Made by a program: the position numbers and the translations under genes. From positions 1 to 64,000 of the IMG/VR virus record IMGVR_UViG_3300045974_000429: a stretch of 64,000 nt of DNA. The stretch is one strand, 5' to 3'. Source of the stretch: a virus. Shown piece by piece: positions 63,575 through 64,000 of this stretch. The stretch's first letter is position 1. Every line of letters begins with the position of its first letter. The notes beneath the pieces were generated by a model. That model did not search any database. It saw only the letters and a list, made by a program, of their open reading frames with translations, and was not told the DNA's origin.

Positions 63575-64000
63575 CTACGGCCACGCCACAAGCTTGAACT
63601 TCTTGCCGGAGGTCACCGTCACGATGGCGTTGGTGGCGTCGTGGGTGCCCTCCGTGACCGTGAACACGCCGGCGGTGGCCGGGCTAGTATCGGTTGGGAT
63701 GCAGGTCACGCGGGTCGGAATGATACCCATGCCGTGGGCGATGCTCTGCGGCGAGCCCGTGCCTGTCTGCTCGGTGGAGATGAACTCGTCCAGGTTGGAG
63801 CCGCGCGAGCGGGCGGAGGACTGCCCGTCCGGGGCGACCGAGATCGAGATGCCGTCTCCGGGAACCGCGGAGAGCAGCGCGGCGACGTTCGCGACGGTGT
63901 CGTTGATCACCACGCCCGAAGAGTTCTTGACGTTGCCGCCCCCGTAGATGCCTGGAATGGGCAGCGGGCCCCCGGAGTTGTTCCAGACCAGGGTCGCCAT
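63575..64000 (-). CDS. Virion decoration/fibre-like protein (putative)
   Basis: SIAHGMGIIP..V motif; ATG at the window edge, so may extend further. Confidence 0.55.
   Translation of the reverse strand: MATLVWNNSGGPLPIPGIYGGGNVKNSSGVVINDTVANVAALLSAVPGDGISISVAPDGQSSARSRGSNLDEFISTEQTGTGSPQSIAHGMGIIPTRVTCIPTDTSPATAGVFTVTEGTHDATNAIVTVTSGKKFKLVAWP

Larger units (their letters stand above)
1..64000 (-). mobile_element. Myovirus-type bacteriophage/prophage genome segment (whole window)
   Basis: Co-oriented terminase, capsid, sheath, tube, tape measure, baseplate, lysozyme and replication genes, many with ATGA/GTGA overlaps; no host housekeeping genes seen. Confidence 0.95.

Overview
High-GC (by eye about 70%) segment of a tailed phage or prophage genome with a contractile (myovirus-type) tail. 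No integrase, rRNA, tRNA or CRISPR array is visible. All credible genes but one are on the minus strand. In transcription order (right to left): head genes (small proteins, scaffold, HNH endonuclease, major capsid), neck, sheath, tube, tail chaperone with a -1 frameshift site, tape measure, baseplate and fibre, lysozyme, and three signal-peptide proteins. Next is a putative early region with four matching sigma70-type promoters, a MoxR-type AAA ATPase carrying an intein, a VWA partner and a sigma-like factor. A replication/recombination block follows (SF2 helicase, initiator with iterons, DnaB, HD hydrolase, primase, UDG-PolA, UvsY-like, gp32-like SSB, RecA, SbcCD). Then come a 7-deazaguanine DNA-modification cluster (two TGT-fold/DpdA-like genes, folE, queC, ParB-like, queD, queE), six tandem small paralogues, the terminase genes and an adenine methyltransferase. 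Most unusual: (1) an intein whose endonuclease sits in the +1 frame nested inside a stop-free intein frame; (2) a DpdA-like gene broken by a (TC)8 microsatellite, with a G9 tract in the other DpdA-like gene, suggesting phase-variable DNA modification; (3) a six-gene array sharing an N-terminal LRxxVxAxKA motif; (4) a 27-bp promoter-like motif with leaderless geometry; (5) origin iterons copied 20 kb away. Product calls come from motif recognition by eye, not database searches.
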